64,000 nt of DNA from Vulcanimicrobiota bacterium (lineage in GTDB: Bacteria > Vulcanimicrobiota > Vulcanimicrobiia > Vulcanimicrobiales > Vulcanimicrobiaceae), in assembly GCA_963723515.1 (NCBI GenBank), contig CAVRQT010000002.1, positions 128,001-192,000 on the forward strand. Reading direction: 5' to 3'. Numbering within the stretch: the first letter of the stretch is position 1; each line of letters opens with the position of its first letter. The notes beneath the pieces were generated by a model. That model did no database searches, was not told the origin of the DNA, and saw only the letters and a program-made list of their open reading frames with translations. A program made the translations under genes and the position numbers. Shown piece after piece: positions 22,960-32,401 of this stretch.

Positions 22960-23415
22960 ATGAAAAAAGCGATTACAACGGCCCTCGGCCTGGTTCTCGG
23001 CCTCAGCCTCCTGACCGCCACGGCGGTAAGCGCGGAGCCAACCAGCCGGCCGATGGACTTCTCGACCCAAATGACGCCGTCGTTCCCCTTCACGGACTAT
23101 GCCGGCGCATACCTGGGCTCGCTCCATCTCGTCTTTGCGCCGGACGGCACAGTTTCAGGATGGTACCGCGCTCAGGATGCGGGGCCGGTGCAGCCCGTCG
23201 TCGGTGGACGCGATGGGAACACGATCTGGTTTGACATCGGAACCCAAGCTTCTCTGCCGGTCGAACAGGCACCAGGCGGATCAGCCCAAGTGAGCGGACC
23301 GCTCCAAGTAACCGGTAAACTCCAAAACGGTCACATCGTCGGAACGGCCCAGAACGGCTCTTCCTATTTAGCATTCGCTGCACAACAGCAGCCGACGTCA
23401 GAGCAGACGCAATAG
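22960..23415 (+). CDS. Hypothetical secreted beta-rich protein
   Basis: Signal peptide MKKAITTALGLVLGLSLLTATAVSA; Gly/aromatic beta-strand pattern. Confidence 0.7.
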   Translation: MKKAITTALGLVLGLSLLTATAVSAEPTSRPMDFSTQMTPSFPFTDYAGAYLGSLHLVFAPDGTVSGWYRAQDAGPVQPVVGGRDGNTIWFDIGTQASLPVEQAPGGSAQVSGPLQVTGKLQNGHIVGTAQNGSSYLAFAAQQQPTSEQTQ

Positions 23416-23421
23416 AGAGTC

Positions 23422-23499
23422 GAAGAGATTGTAAAAAAATCTCTTCAAAGATAGAGTGAGGTAGATAGCGGAGTGGACAGTAATGCCTACTCCGCTTTC
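23422..23499 (+). repeat. Double-hairpin element, copy A
   Basis: GAAGAGATT/AATCTCTTC then GTAGATAGCGGAGTG-GACAGTAATGCC-TACTCCGCTTTC; aligns with copies B and C. Confidence 0.7.
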
Positions 23500-23559
23500 G
23501 TTCTGAGTGTCTGCCAACGATGCTAGGGTTTGGGCGAGCACAGGCGGTAGCATCGTTCC

Positions 23560-24678
23560 ATGAAGCGTGCTTTCGTAAACGCTGCGATTGCCTCATTATT
23601 CTGGTCTCTGACGGCCGTAGCCCGTGCCGATGTCGGGGACGCGCTCGCCACGCATATCGTGCCGGCCGCGAACATCGCGATCAAAAACGCGCTGCCCGTT
23701 ACAACGGTTGGACAAGCACCGCCCGGAGCGCCGAAGCCGGCGCAGCAAGCCGGCCTGCCGACGGGCTTTACGTATACGGGCGACGTGTCGATTGCGTATC
23801 CATTCGGCAACGTCGGTACATACGGACAAAAATGGCTGCCCGGCGGCTTTGATGCCGTTGCCGCGTACGGATTCAGCAGCCGCTTCCGATTTCAAGCCAG
23901 CTACTACGAGCTGCAGCACTATCCGGTCGGCTTCAACAGCGGCACGGTTCCACTGTTCGTTCAGGGACTTGCGCCACCGGTCGGCAGTGTTGATTTAGCG
24001 AACAACCCGACCGGTCCGATCGACGTCACTGTTAAGGATCGTTTTCTGTTGCTGATGGCCGAGCATCTCTTCACGATCGGCAAAGTGCCGATCGTGATAA
24101 CACCCACGTACGTCAGCCGGTGGTCAACGATCGGCGCGAGCAACGGCAACGCGGACATCATTCCATTCGAGTTCAACGGTTTTCCGCAATACGGTATCAA
24201 GACGCGGACGGCGCAACTCTATGTCGCCGCCGTTACACTGCCGTTTCTCTCAACGCCCAAAATGTTTGGGACGCTGACGCTTGGACCGGCGTGGCTCACC
24301 CACTTGAACGGCGTCAACCAAACGAACCACCCGCAGCTCTATCAAATTCTCTATCTCGAGTACAACCCAACGAACCGGGACAAGTTCTTTCTTGAACCGC
24401 TAGCGTCACGAAGTTACCTGCCCACGGATCCCTACCCGCAACATCTCAACACGTATTTCTTGGGTTACTCGCATAAGTTCACGCCGCATAGCTTCATACA
24501 ACTCGTCCTGAACAGCGGCGGCCCGAGCAACTACACTCCATACGGCATCGGCGCGCTCTACTGTCAGCGGCTTCCGTGCGCTGCGCCCGGCAATACGATT
24601 CCGCAACTTGGCGGACTCAAGTCGACGCAATTGCAACTGCAGTTCGGAATCGGTTCTCCCAGCGTTATCCAGATTTAA
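23560..24678 (+). CDS. Hypothetical exported protein, probable outer-membrane beta-barrel
   Basis: Signal peptide ending ARA-D; many alternating aromatic strands (RFRFQASYY, YQILYLEY, YFLGYSHKF, QLQLQFGIG). Confidence 0.65.
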   Translation: MKRAFVNAAIASLFWSLTAVARADVGDALATHIVPAANIAIKNALPVTTVGQAPPGAPKPAQQAGLPTGFTYTGDVSIAYPFGNVGTYGQKWLPGGFDAVAAYGFSSRFRFQASYYELQHYPVGFNSGTVPLFVQGLAPPVGSVDLANNPTGPIDVTVKDRFLLLMAEHLFTIGKVPIVITPTYVSRWSTIGASNGNADIIPFEFNGFPQYGIKTRTAQLYVAAVTLPFLSTPKMFGTLTLGPAWLTHLNGVNQTNHPQLYQILYLEYNPTNRDKFFLEPLASRSYLPTDPYPQHLNTYFLGYSHKFTPHSFIQLVLNSGGPSNYTPYGIGALYCQRLPCAAPGNTIPQLGGLKSTQLQLQFGIGSPSVIQI

Positions 24679-24687
24679 GGGCACGAG

Positions 24688-26211
24688 ATGATGACAACGA
24701 AAACGATGCGCTATTGTGCAATTGCTGCAATCGTTGCTTTAGCGGCATGCGGCGGAGGCGGAACATCGGGGCCCAACGCCCTGCCGCCGCCAAGCGGTAA
24801 CGGGATCCTTACGCAGATCGTCGGCATCGGCGATAGCCTAACGGCCGGCATGCAATCCGGTGGACTGCTCGGCATTCCGACGACCAATCCAATTTCAATT
24901 CTACCGGGACATCTCGTTCCGGCGACGCAGGAGAACGGCTGGTGGGCGCTCTTCTACGAGCAAGCCAAAGGCGTATCGCCGGCATTCATGGCCAATCCGC
25001 AGACATCGGTTCTTCCGCTCATCAATCCACCCGGTTTAGGCGCGCAACTGGTTCCGACCGCCAAGCTCTTCGGCGCGACACATTCGAATTGCGACGCCTT
25101 CAATCAAGCGGGCTACTCGCGCGGCGGCGCAACGACGGTCCGCGCGAACCCTTCAACGACGCCGCTCGATCTCGGTATTCCGGGACTCACGATGCACGAA
25201 GCGCTTTCGATGATTGGACCGATTGCCACGACGTGCGTGCCGTTGCAAGGAAACGATCCGACAATCGCGCTGCAGCCGATCGTCTCTGGAGAGAGCGGCG
25301 CGTTTTACCCGGTCCTGGGCAACTTTGTGAGCACGCTAGGCACGCAAACGACGGCCGTCAATTCCGCAATCGCACTGCATTCGACGTTGACGACGGTGTG
25401 GCTCGGAGCGAACGATCTGCTGAAGTACACGTTCTCCGGAGGGAAAGCGCCCGTCGACACGCCCGCGCAGATGCAGGCCGATCTCGTGCAGATCGTTCAA
25501 AAGCTGCAAAACGCCGGCTCGCGCTTGGTGGTTGCGAATTTGCCGGACATTCTCTCGACGCCGCAATTCTTGCAAGGCGGAGCGACGATGCAAGCGACGT
25601 TGACGGCCTTCTTTGAACGGCCACCGTTCAACCTGCCGCCGCCGGTTGCACAAGGTCTCGCCGCGCAGATCACGGCCTATGTCGCCGCTATATATCACGT
25701 CGGCCCGAACGGTTATCTGACGCTGCCGGGCCTTGCCAAAATCTTTACGGCCTTGCAGATCAACCCGTTTAATCCGCAGTTCAACACCTTGAATAACGCG
25801 ACGTGCGTCGGTCCGGGGTCCACCCTCGTGAATCCGGCGAACACGCCGTCGGAATGCGACTTCTTGCAAGATGCGTATGCCGCACAAATTCAAGGGTTAA
25901 ATAACGCCTTCAACAACTCGATCGACAGCGCCGCGCAACAGACCGCGACACCGCGCGTAGACATCCACGGCCTCTTTGTATCGATCAAAGCGGCGGGCGG
26001 CGTCCCGATCAATCCGCCGATTTGCTGCAATCTTCAGTTCGGCGGCGGATTGCTCAGTTTGGATGGACTGCATCCTTCGAATACCGGATATGCGTTGCTC
26101 GCCAACACGTTTATCGGCACGGTCGATAAGGCGTTCGGCTTGCAAATTCCGCCCTTAACCCAGGCGCAAATTTTCGCAATCTACTCAACCGACCCGTATG
26201 CGCCACACTAG
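24688..26211 (+). CDS. SGNH/GDSL hydrolase lipoprotein
   Basis: Lipobox LAAC; GDSLT, GIPG, WLGAND and DGLHP catalytic blocks. Confidence 0.85.
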   Translation: MMTTKTMRYCAIAAIVALAACGGGGTSGPNALPPPSGNGILTQIVGIGDSLTAGMQSGGLLGIPTTNPISILPGHLVPATQENGWWALFYEQAKGVSPAFMANPQTSVLPLINPPGLGAQLVPTAKLFGATHSNCDAFNQAGYSRGGATTVRANPSTTPLDLGIPGLTMHEALSMIGPIATTCVPLQGNDPTIALQPIVSGESGAFYPVLGNFVSTLGTQTTAVNSAIALHSTLTTVWLGANDLLKYTFSGGKAPVDTPAQMQADLVQIVQKLQNAGSRLVVANLPDILSTPQFLQGGATMQATLTAFFERPPFNLPPPVAQGLAAQITAYVAAIYHVGPNGYLTLPGLAKIFTALQINPFNPQFNTLNNATCVGPGSTLVNPANTPSECDFLQDAYAAQIQGLNNAFNNSIDSAAQQTATPRVDIHGLFVSIKAAGGVPINPPICCNLQFGGGLLSLDGLHPSNTGYALLANTFIGTVDKAFGLQIPPLTQAQIFAIYSTDPYAPH

Positions 26212-26303
26212 GTAATGCAAAGAGGTTCGGAGACCGCAAGTAGTTGACACTACGCAAAGTTACACCACCAGCCAGGGCGCTTGACCGCACAGGTTTCAAA
26301 TTA

Positions 26304-26382
26304 AGAAACGAGAGCGGGCATTTACTGTCCGCTCTCGTTTCTACCGCTACTCTCTCAAAGAAAATGCTTGCATTTTCTTTGA
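26304..26382 (-). repeat. Double-hairpin element, copy B
   Basis: Minus strand: TCAAAGAAAATGC-AA-GCATTTTCTTTGA, 13 nt, GAAACGAGAGCG-GACAGTAAATGCC-CGCTCTCGTTTC then TTAATTT. Confidence 0.72.
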
Positions 26383-26386
26383 ATAT

Positions 26387-26746
26387 TTAGATACGCTTGA
26401 TACCCGTGTCCGGTTCCCCCGGAATCGGTTGCTCTTGCGAAAGCTCTTCAAGCGGTAAGTTCGCCTCTTTAGCTGCTTCGTAGCCGCCGTCTAAAGAAAC
26501 GGCGTTCGCAAACCCCTGATCGCGCAAGCGCTGCGCAATCATCTTCGAAGAGTTGCCGCGCCCGCAATACACGACGATCTTACCATCGTGTGGAAGCGGC
26601 AGATCGAGTTCGTCGGCTTCCATTATCTTCTCAGGATCGTAGCGTCGCGCGCCACGGATCTGCTGTTTGTCCGGCTTGCCGCGAACGTCGATGAGCGTGA
26701 TGCTATTGGGGTCGGCATTCTTGAGTTCTTCAGCAGTGATGTTCAT
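26387..26746 (-). CDS. Rhodanese-like domain protein
   Basis: LIDVR, IRGA, IVVYCGRG, LDGG. Confidence 0.88.
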   Translation of the reverse strand: MNITAEELKNADPNSITLIDVRGKPDKQQIRGARRYDPEKIMEADELDLPLPHDGKIVVYCGRGNSSKMIAQRLRDQGFANAVSLDGGYEAAKEANLPLEELSQEQPIPGEPDTGIKRI

Positions 26747-26754
26747 CGTTCACC

Positions 26755-28017
26755 CTATGCGTACACGCCGCGTAGTTTCAGGCATGCGACGACGCGTTGG
26801 ATCGCGATCATGTAAGCAGCGGTTCGGAGCGGAACGTTACGCGCCTCGGAGATCTTACGAATCTCGTGAAAGTTCGTAAGCAGCGCATCCTCAAGCTTAT
26901 CGTTGACCTCGCGTTCCTTCCAAAAGTAGCCGGCGCGATCTTGAACCCACTCGAAGTAGGAAACGGTAACGCCGCCGGCATTGGCGACGATATCCGGAAT
27001 GACGCAAACGCCCTGGCTCTGCAGCAGCCGATCGGCGTCGGGCGTCGTCGGACCATTCGCGCCTTCAACAATCAATTTCGCCTTCACGCGCCCCGCGTTT
27101 TCGCTCGTCAAGACTTTCTCAAGCGCGGCCGGCACGAGCACGTCGCAGTCGGACTCAAGCAACTCTGCATTCGTCATCTTGTCGCCGCCGCGGTATCCGT
27201 CGAGGTTTTGATGTTCCTTCGCGTAGGCCTCGGCATTGCCGACGTCGATGCCGGCTTCATTGTAGTAGGCGCCCGTAACGTCGGAGATGCCGATGACTTT
27301 GCAACCGCGCTCCGCAAAAAGTTTTGCGGCATACATTCCGACGTTGCCAAATCCCTGAACGACAATGCGAGCATGCGCCGGTTCGAGCCCCAAGTGCGAC
27401 ATCTGATCCATCGCGCAGATCGTTACGCCGCGGCCCGTTGCTTCAACGCGACCGCGAGAGCCGCCGATTTCAAGCGGCTTTCCGGTGACGACAGCGCCGA
27501 CCGTCTGTCGCATATGCATCGAATACGTATCCATGAACCAGGCCATCGTCTGCGGTGTCGTTCCGACATCAGGCGCCGGCACGTCTTTATCCGGCCCCAC
27601 GACTTCCACTAATTCAGCGGCATAGCGCCGGGTTATGCGCTCGAGTTCATTCATCGAAAGCGTGCGCGGATCGCACGTGACGCCACCCTTCCCGCCGCCA
27701 AATGGAATGTCGACCGCAGCGCACTTCCACGTCATCCAGAACGCGAGCGCCGTAACTTCGTCGAGCGTCACACCGGGATGGTAGCGGATTCCACCTTTTG
27801 CTGGGCCGCGCGCGAAATTGTACTGCACGCGATAGCCCGTGTAGACTTCAAATTCTCCTGAATCACGCTGAAAGGGAATCGAGAAGATGATCTGGCGCGA
27901 GGGGTGCGTGAGAATCGCGCGCATGCTGGAATCCAGATTGAGCAATTCGGCCGCCTCGTTGAAGTAAGCGATCCCATCACCGAATACCGATACATCGCGC
28001 GCGGCTGTCGTGGTCAT
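26755..28017 (-). CDS. gdhA: Glu/Leu/Phe/Val dehydrogenase (glutamate dehydrogenase)
   Basis: GPAKGGIRY, GGGKGG, DVPAPD, QGFGNVG, EGANGP, NAGGVTVSYFEW. Confidence 0.93.
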   Translation of the reverse strand: MTTTAARDVSVFGDGIAYFNEAAELLNLDSSMRAILTHPSRQIIFSIPFQRDSGEFEVYTGYRVQYNFARGPAKGGIRYHPGVTLDEVTALAFWMTWKCAAVDIPFGGGKGGVTCDPRTLSMNELERITRRYAAELVEVVGPDKDVPAPDVGTTPQTMAWFMDTYSMHMRQTVGAVVTGKPLEIGGSRGRVEATGRGVTICAMDQMSHLGLEPAHARIVVQGFGNVGMYAAKLFAERGCKVIGISDVTGAYYNEAGIDVGNAEAYAKEHQNLDGYRGGDKMTNAELLESDCDVLVPAALEKVLTSENAGRVKAKLIVEGANGPTTPDADRLLQSQGVCVIPDIVANAGGVTVSYFEWVQDRAGYFWKEREVNDKLEDALLTNFHEIRKISEARNVPLRTAAYMIAIQRVVACLKLRGVYA

Positions 28018-28062
28018 AAAAGATTTCGATTAGGTCCTCTCACAAAAACCCCTACCCACGTT

Positions 28063-29157
28063 TCACACGGCAAACTTGAAGTTTACGACGTCTCCCTCTT
28101 GCATCAAGTATTCCTTGCCCTCACTGCGCACAACTCCCGCGCTGCGCATCGCTTCCATCGTCTTGTAGTGAACGTAGTCGTCGTAGCTGACGATTTCCGC
28201 TCGGATGAAGCCGCGTTCGAGATCGCTGTGAATCGTGCCGGCAGCCTGTGACGCCCGCGTGCCTTTGCGAATCGTCCAGGCCCGGACTTCTTTTTCCCCG
28301 GCCGTTAAGAACGTCATCAGCCCGAGCAAGTCGTAGGCCGTCCTGATGAGCTGATCGAGGCCGCTGCGCTCGATTGCCATTGCGCGGCGAAAATCGTGCG
28401 CCTCGCTTTCATTGATTCCGGCTAACTCGGCTTCCACTTTCCCGCAAATCGCTATCGCGCCGGCGCCGTCGCGCCGTGCCATCGCGCGCACTGTTTGCAG
28501 CATTTCGCCTGGTTCGCTCAACTGCGGCTCGTCAATATTTGCAACGTAGAGCGCAGGTTTTTGCGTCAACAGGAAGAGCTCGCGCGCGAGTTGGTGCTCC
28601 AGCGAATCGGCTTCAAAGTGGCGCGCCGGCACGCCCCGTTCTAGAGAGACAACCAGTTGGTGCGCTGCGTCGACGCGTGGCTGCAATTTGTGATCCGCGC
28701 GCGCTTCGCGCTCGAGGCGCTCCAGTTTGCGGCGCACCGTTGCGATATCGGCCAGCCCCATCTCGATTTCCAGGATGTCGATGTCGCGCGCCGGATCTGG
28801 CGTGCCTTCAACATGCGAGACATTCGTGTCCTCAAAACATCGCACGACCATCGCGACGGCGTCGGTTTCCCGGATGTGACCAAGGAATTCGTTTCCAAGA
28901 CCTGCGCCCTCACTCGCGCCGCGTACAAGGCCGGCAATATCGACAAATTGGATGGCTGCAGGAACAATTCGGCGCGCCTTTGCGAGCTGGGCGAGCGCCG
29001 GCAAGCGGTCGTCAGGAACCGGAACTTCGCCGACGTTCGGTTCGATCGTCGCGAACGGATAATTTGCGGCGTGTGCTTGCGCAGAACGCGTGAGCGCATT
29101 AAAAATTGTAGACTTGCCAACGTTCGGCAAGCCGACGATGCCGCAGGATAACGCCAT
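28063..29157 (-). CDS. ychF: Ribosome-binding ATPase YchF
   Basis: GIVGLPNVGKST, NYPFATIEPN, DIAGLV, C-terminal TGS domain. Confidence 0.96.
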   Translation of the reverse strand: MALSCGIVGLPNVGKSTIFNALTRSAQAHAANYPFATIEPNVGEVPVPDDRLPALAQLAKARRIVPAAIQFVDIAGLVRGASEGAGLGNEFLGHIRETDAVAMVVRCFEDTNVSHVEGTPDPARDIDILEIEMGLADIATVRRKLERLEREARADHKLQPRVDAAHQLVVSLERGVPARHFEADSLEHQLARELFLLTQKPALYVANIDEPQLSEPGEMLQTVRAMARRDGAGAIAICGKVEAELAGINESEAHDFRRAMAIERSGLDQLIRTAYDLLGLMTFLTAGEKEVRAWTIRKGTRASQAAGTIHSDLERGFIRAEIVSYDDYVHYKTMEAMRSAGVVRSEGKEYLMQEGDVVNFKFAV

Positions 29158-29256
29158 GAAGGAGCGCCAGTCGTTCTGGCAGGTCGGCTCGCTTCCCTGG
29201 CCTGTAGGCACAACGGGCACAGGATTACAAAACGAGCCGTAGGATAAAGTTAGAGT

Positions 29257-29730
29257 ATGCGGCAGATGAAGGTTGACAAACTGGGGATCGATCTGCTCAC
29301 GCACGACCCAGTGGTCATCCTGAAGGACGTTGAAGGCAAACGTTTCTTGCCGATACTGATTGGCCCATTCGAGGCAACGTCCATCGCGCTCGCACTTGAA
29401 GGTGCTCCGGTGCCACGTCCGCTTTCACACGATTTAATGCGTTCGATGCTCGAAACGCTCGACGCGCGGCTCGAGCAAATCGTTATTCATGACATTCGCG
29501 AATCAACGTTCTTCGCGAAATTGGTCATTCGAACCAACGGCGAGCTTCAGGAAATCGATGCACGCCCGTCCGATGGCATCGCGCTCGCGCTGCGCATGCA
29601 AGCGCCGATCTTCGTTTCGGATAAGATCGTGCTCGAAGAAGCGGTACCGGATAAAGAAAGTCAGCAAGCGGACGTGGAGCGCTTCAAAAAATTTATCGAC
29701 GAGCTCAAACCGAGCGACTTTAATCGATAG
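29257..29730 (+). CDS. Bifunctional nuclease family protein (DUF151)
   Basis: LPILIGPFEA, RPLSHDL, DARPSDGIALA. Confidence 0.9.
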   Translation: MRQMKVDKLGIDLLTHDPVVILKDVEGKRFLPILIGPFEATSIALALEGAPVPRPLSHDLMRSMLETLDARLEQIVIHDIRESTFFAKLVIRTNGELQEIDARPSDGIALALRMQAPIFVSDKIVLEEAVPDKESQQADVERFKKFIDELKPSDFNR

Positions 29731-29753
29731 ATCCCTAAACTGCGACAAGCCAA

Positions 29754-29789
29754 GTCACATTTCGACAAGCTCAATGTGACACCGGGACT
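29754..29789. repeat. REP-like unit
   Basis: GTCACATTTCGACAAGCTCAATGTGACACCG, exact reverse complement of 2106-2136, followed by GGACT. Confidence 0.85.
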
Positions 29790-29829
29790 TGAACTTCGAG
29801 CACGATTTCGCCAAAATCACTTAAATGAA

Positions 29830-29908
29830 GAAAGCGGAGTGACGATTCATTCGGCGCTCCGCTTTCAACATTTTCTCCCTCGGAAAAATTGCTTGTCAAT
29901 TTTTCCGA
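29830..29908 (-). repeat. Double-hairpin element, copy C
   Basis: Minus strand: TCGGAAAAATTG-ACAAG-CAATTTTTCCGA, 13 nt, GAAAGCGGAGCG-13 nt-CACTCCGCTTTC then TTCATTT. Confidence 0.7.
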
Positions 29909-29911
29909 AAG

Positions 29912-31537
29912 CTATATGTCCCACTGCCAAGCATTCCACCACGGCGCCGAAGCCGGCGCCGCACTGAAATTCTTCAAGTCTGGGTTGCGAACGATCGGCC
30001 GGCGCAAATTGTAGAGCGGAATGATCCCGACGGTATTGTGGAACTCCGTTTCGGCCCGATGGTACAGGTTCGCGCGCTCGACCGGATCGTCGGTCTGCAA
30101 GCCGGCTTTCTCCAAGCGATCGAATGTCGGATCGCAGTATCCGTAGATATTCTCGCCTTTCGGGAACCAGTAATCGCAGCCATAATAAAACAGGTTGTCA
30201 GGATCGTACGGGAGCGTCAATGAGTAGTCGGCGAGATCGTATTTGGATGTGTAGAGCGGTCCCTCACGCGAGAAGATCACGCTGTACGGATACATTTTGA
30301 TGTCCAGGTTTATCCCAACGGCGCGAAACGCCGGCTGCAAGAACGTTGCGATCAGGCGTCCGTTGGCCGAGCCGGACGAAATATGAATGACAAAATCGAG
30401 TCGCTGGCCTCCCTTTTGACGCACGCCTCCGGGGCCGACTTTCCAGCCCGCGCGATCCAATAGCGCGCGTGCGCTTGCCGGATCGTAATGGTAAGGCGGA
30501 TTGTCCGTGAAGCCGAGCGACTGTTCCGGCACGATATCGTGCGGGATCGTCCCCACGCCATGCTCGATTTTGTCTATGATACCGCGGTAATCTATTGTCA
30601 TCGAAATCGCTTTTCTCACCGCAACGTCATGCAGTTGTGGGCGCCGCTCGTTTAAGATCAAAATGTTTTGTGCGTTCCAGGGCGCCAGCGACACCGACAC
30701 ATCCGGCAGCGATTTATATTGGTCGTAAAGGGTCGGCGGCGGCGACGTCACGAGGTCGATGTCGTGAACTCGGACCGCATTGAGGATCGAGTTGTCATCC
30801 GGAATGACGTTGAAGATGATCTCTTTGAGTTTAGGCCGGCCTTTGAAATAGTCATCGTTCCGAAGCAGGATGATACGGCGGCCGCGCTCCCAAGACGCAA
30901 ATTTGAACGGTCCAGTTCCGACTGGGTGAGCGTTGAACGGAATCTGATTGATATCGTGCAGACCGGCAAGCAGATGGGCCGGCAAAATTCCTTTGACGCC
31001 CTCTTGCAGCGGCGTGAAGAACCGCGTCACCAGCGGCGGATACCGCGCTTTGAGATGCAGCACGGCGGTATAGTTGTCCGGCGTGTCAATTGAGATGACG
31101 CGATCGTAGCCTTCACGGTGCAGCGTGTTATTGTTCGGATTGATGACCGCTTGCCAGGTGAATTTCACGTCCGCCGACGTGAATGGCGCACCGTCGTGCC
31201 AGCGAACTCCATGCCGCAGATGGTAGATGTACGTGCGGCCGTCCTTTGAGATCCCGCCGTTGCGCAACGTCGGCACTTCGGTTGCAAGGTCGCCGATCAA
31301 TTTGCCGTGGTCATCGGCAACGATCAGGAACGAGAAGACGAGAGAATCGAGGAAGTAGACGAGATCCATCGTCGAGAGCAACGGATTGAAATGATCGGGC
31401 TCCGCGATGTCGGCGACGCGCAAGACGTGCGGTTGTGTCCATGACGCTCGGCCGCCCGGAGCAGCGGTCTGTACTCGCGTACACGACGTGATGAACATGA
31501 CGCCCATCGCAAGAGCAGCACATCGCCGCGCCGTCAT
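29912..31537 (-). CDS. Peptide ABC transporter substrate-binding lipoprotein (family 5)
   Basis: Lipobox ITSC; LRHGVRWHDGAPFTSADVKFT, PVGTGPF. Confidence 0.92.
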   Translation of the reverse strand: MTARRCAALAMGVMFITSCTRVQTAAPGGRASWTQPHVLRVADIAEPDHFNPLLSTMDLVYFLDSLVFSFLIVADDHGKLIGDLATEVPTLRNGGISKDGRTYIYHLRHGVRWHDGAPFTSADVKFTWQAVINPNNNTLHREGYDRVISIDTPDNYTAVLHLKARYPPLVTRFFTPLQEGVKGILPAHLLAGLHDINQIPFNAHPVGTGPFKFASWERGRRIILLRNDDYFKGRPKLKEIIFNVIPDDNSILNAVRVHDIDLVTSPPPTLYDQYKSLPDVSVSLAPWNAQNILILNERRPQLHDVAVRKAISMTIDYRGIIDKIEHGVGTIPHDIVPEQSLGFTDNPPYHYDPASARALLDRAGWKVGPGGVRQKGGQRLDFVIHISSGSANGRLIATFLQPAFRAVGINLDIKMYPYSVIFSREGPLYTSKYDLADYSLTLPYDPDNLFYYGCDYWFPKGENIYGYCDPTFDRLEKAGLQTDDPVERANLYHRAETEFHNTVGIIPLYNLRRPIVRNPDLKNFSAAPASAPWWNAWQWDI

Positions 31538-31593
31538 CAGGCGTTCGTCCTTCGAGGGGTGGTTCTGTGAACCTCGAAAACCGAGCGCCGCCT

Positions 31594-32400
31594 ATGCATA
31601 CCTCAGAACGTGCCGAGATCGGCGTCTTTGGCGGCTCCGGCTTTTATTCGCTCATTGAGAAGGCCCGTGAAGTGACGCTGGAAACGCCTTATGGGGCGCC
31701 CGCTGATGCGCTTGCACTCGGTGAAATCGCAGGCCGCAAAGTTGCATTCTTGCCTCGCCACGGAACGAAACATCATCTTCCGCCGCAAGTCATCAATTAT
31801 CGCGCGAACGTTTATGCGATGAAGATGCTTGGTGTCACGCGCATCATCGGACCTACCGCTTGCGGATCACTGCGAGTCGATGTGAAACCGGGTGATATGG
31901 TCGTGGCGGATCAAATCGTCGATCGCACGCACGGCCGAAAAGACACGTATTATGACGGCCCAATCACAACGCATGTCAGCTTCGCGGACCCGTATTGTCC
32001 GCAGTTGCGCCCGCTGGCAATAGAAGCGCTGCGCTCGCTCGGCGTCACGACGCACGAACGCGGCACAATCGTGGTCATCGCCGGACCCCGCTTTTCAACC
32101 CGCGCGGAATCCAAGTGGTACTCGAGCGCCGGTTGGGAAGTGATCAATATGACCAACTATCCCGAATGTTATCTGGCGCGCGAACTGGAGATGTGCTATG
32201 TCAACATCTCCCTGATCACCGACTACGACGTGGGTCTGGAAGGGCAAGAAGGCATCAAGCCGGTTTCTCATCACGAAGTGATCGAGGTCTTCACTCGCAA
32301 CAATGCACGTGTGCGAGATGCGATCTATTCGATTATCGAAAAGATGCCGCAGGATCGAACGTGTGAATGCGGCAGCGCGTTGCAAGGAGCACGGCTATAA
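31594..32400 (+). CDS. mtnP: S-methyl-5'-thioadenosine phosphorylase
   Basis: IGVFGGSG, FLPRHG, INYRAN, GPRFSTRAES, INMT, TDYD. Confidence 0.92.
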   Translation: MHTSERAEIGVFGGSGFYSLIEKAREVTLETPYGAPADALALGEIAGRKVAFLPRHGTKHHLPPQVINYRANVYAMKMLGVTRIIGPTACGSLRVDVKPGDMVVADQIVDRTHGRKDTYYDGPITTHVSFADPYCPQLRPLAIEALRSLGVTTHERGTIVVIAGPRFSTRAESKWYSSAGWEVINMTNYPECYLARELEMCYVNISLITDYDVGLEGQEGIKPVSHHEVIEVFTRNNARVRDAIYSIIEKMPQDRTCECGSALQGARL

Positions 32401-32401
32401 G

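Noticed and set aside
26111..26299. 62-aa ORF starting just after hairpin copy B
   Set aside because: It overlaps the SGNH gene antisense, follows a terminator-like stem and shows no recognisable features
23464..29866. The 36-37 nt hairpins as CRISPR repeats
   Set aside because: They are solitary, kilobases apart, not identical, have no spacers, and no cas genes are present
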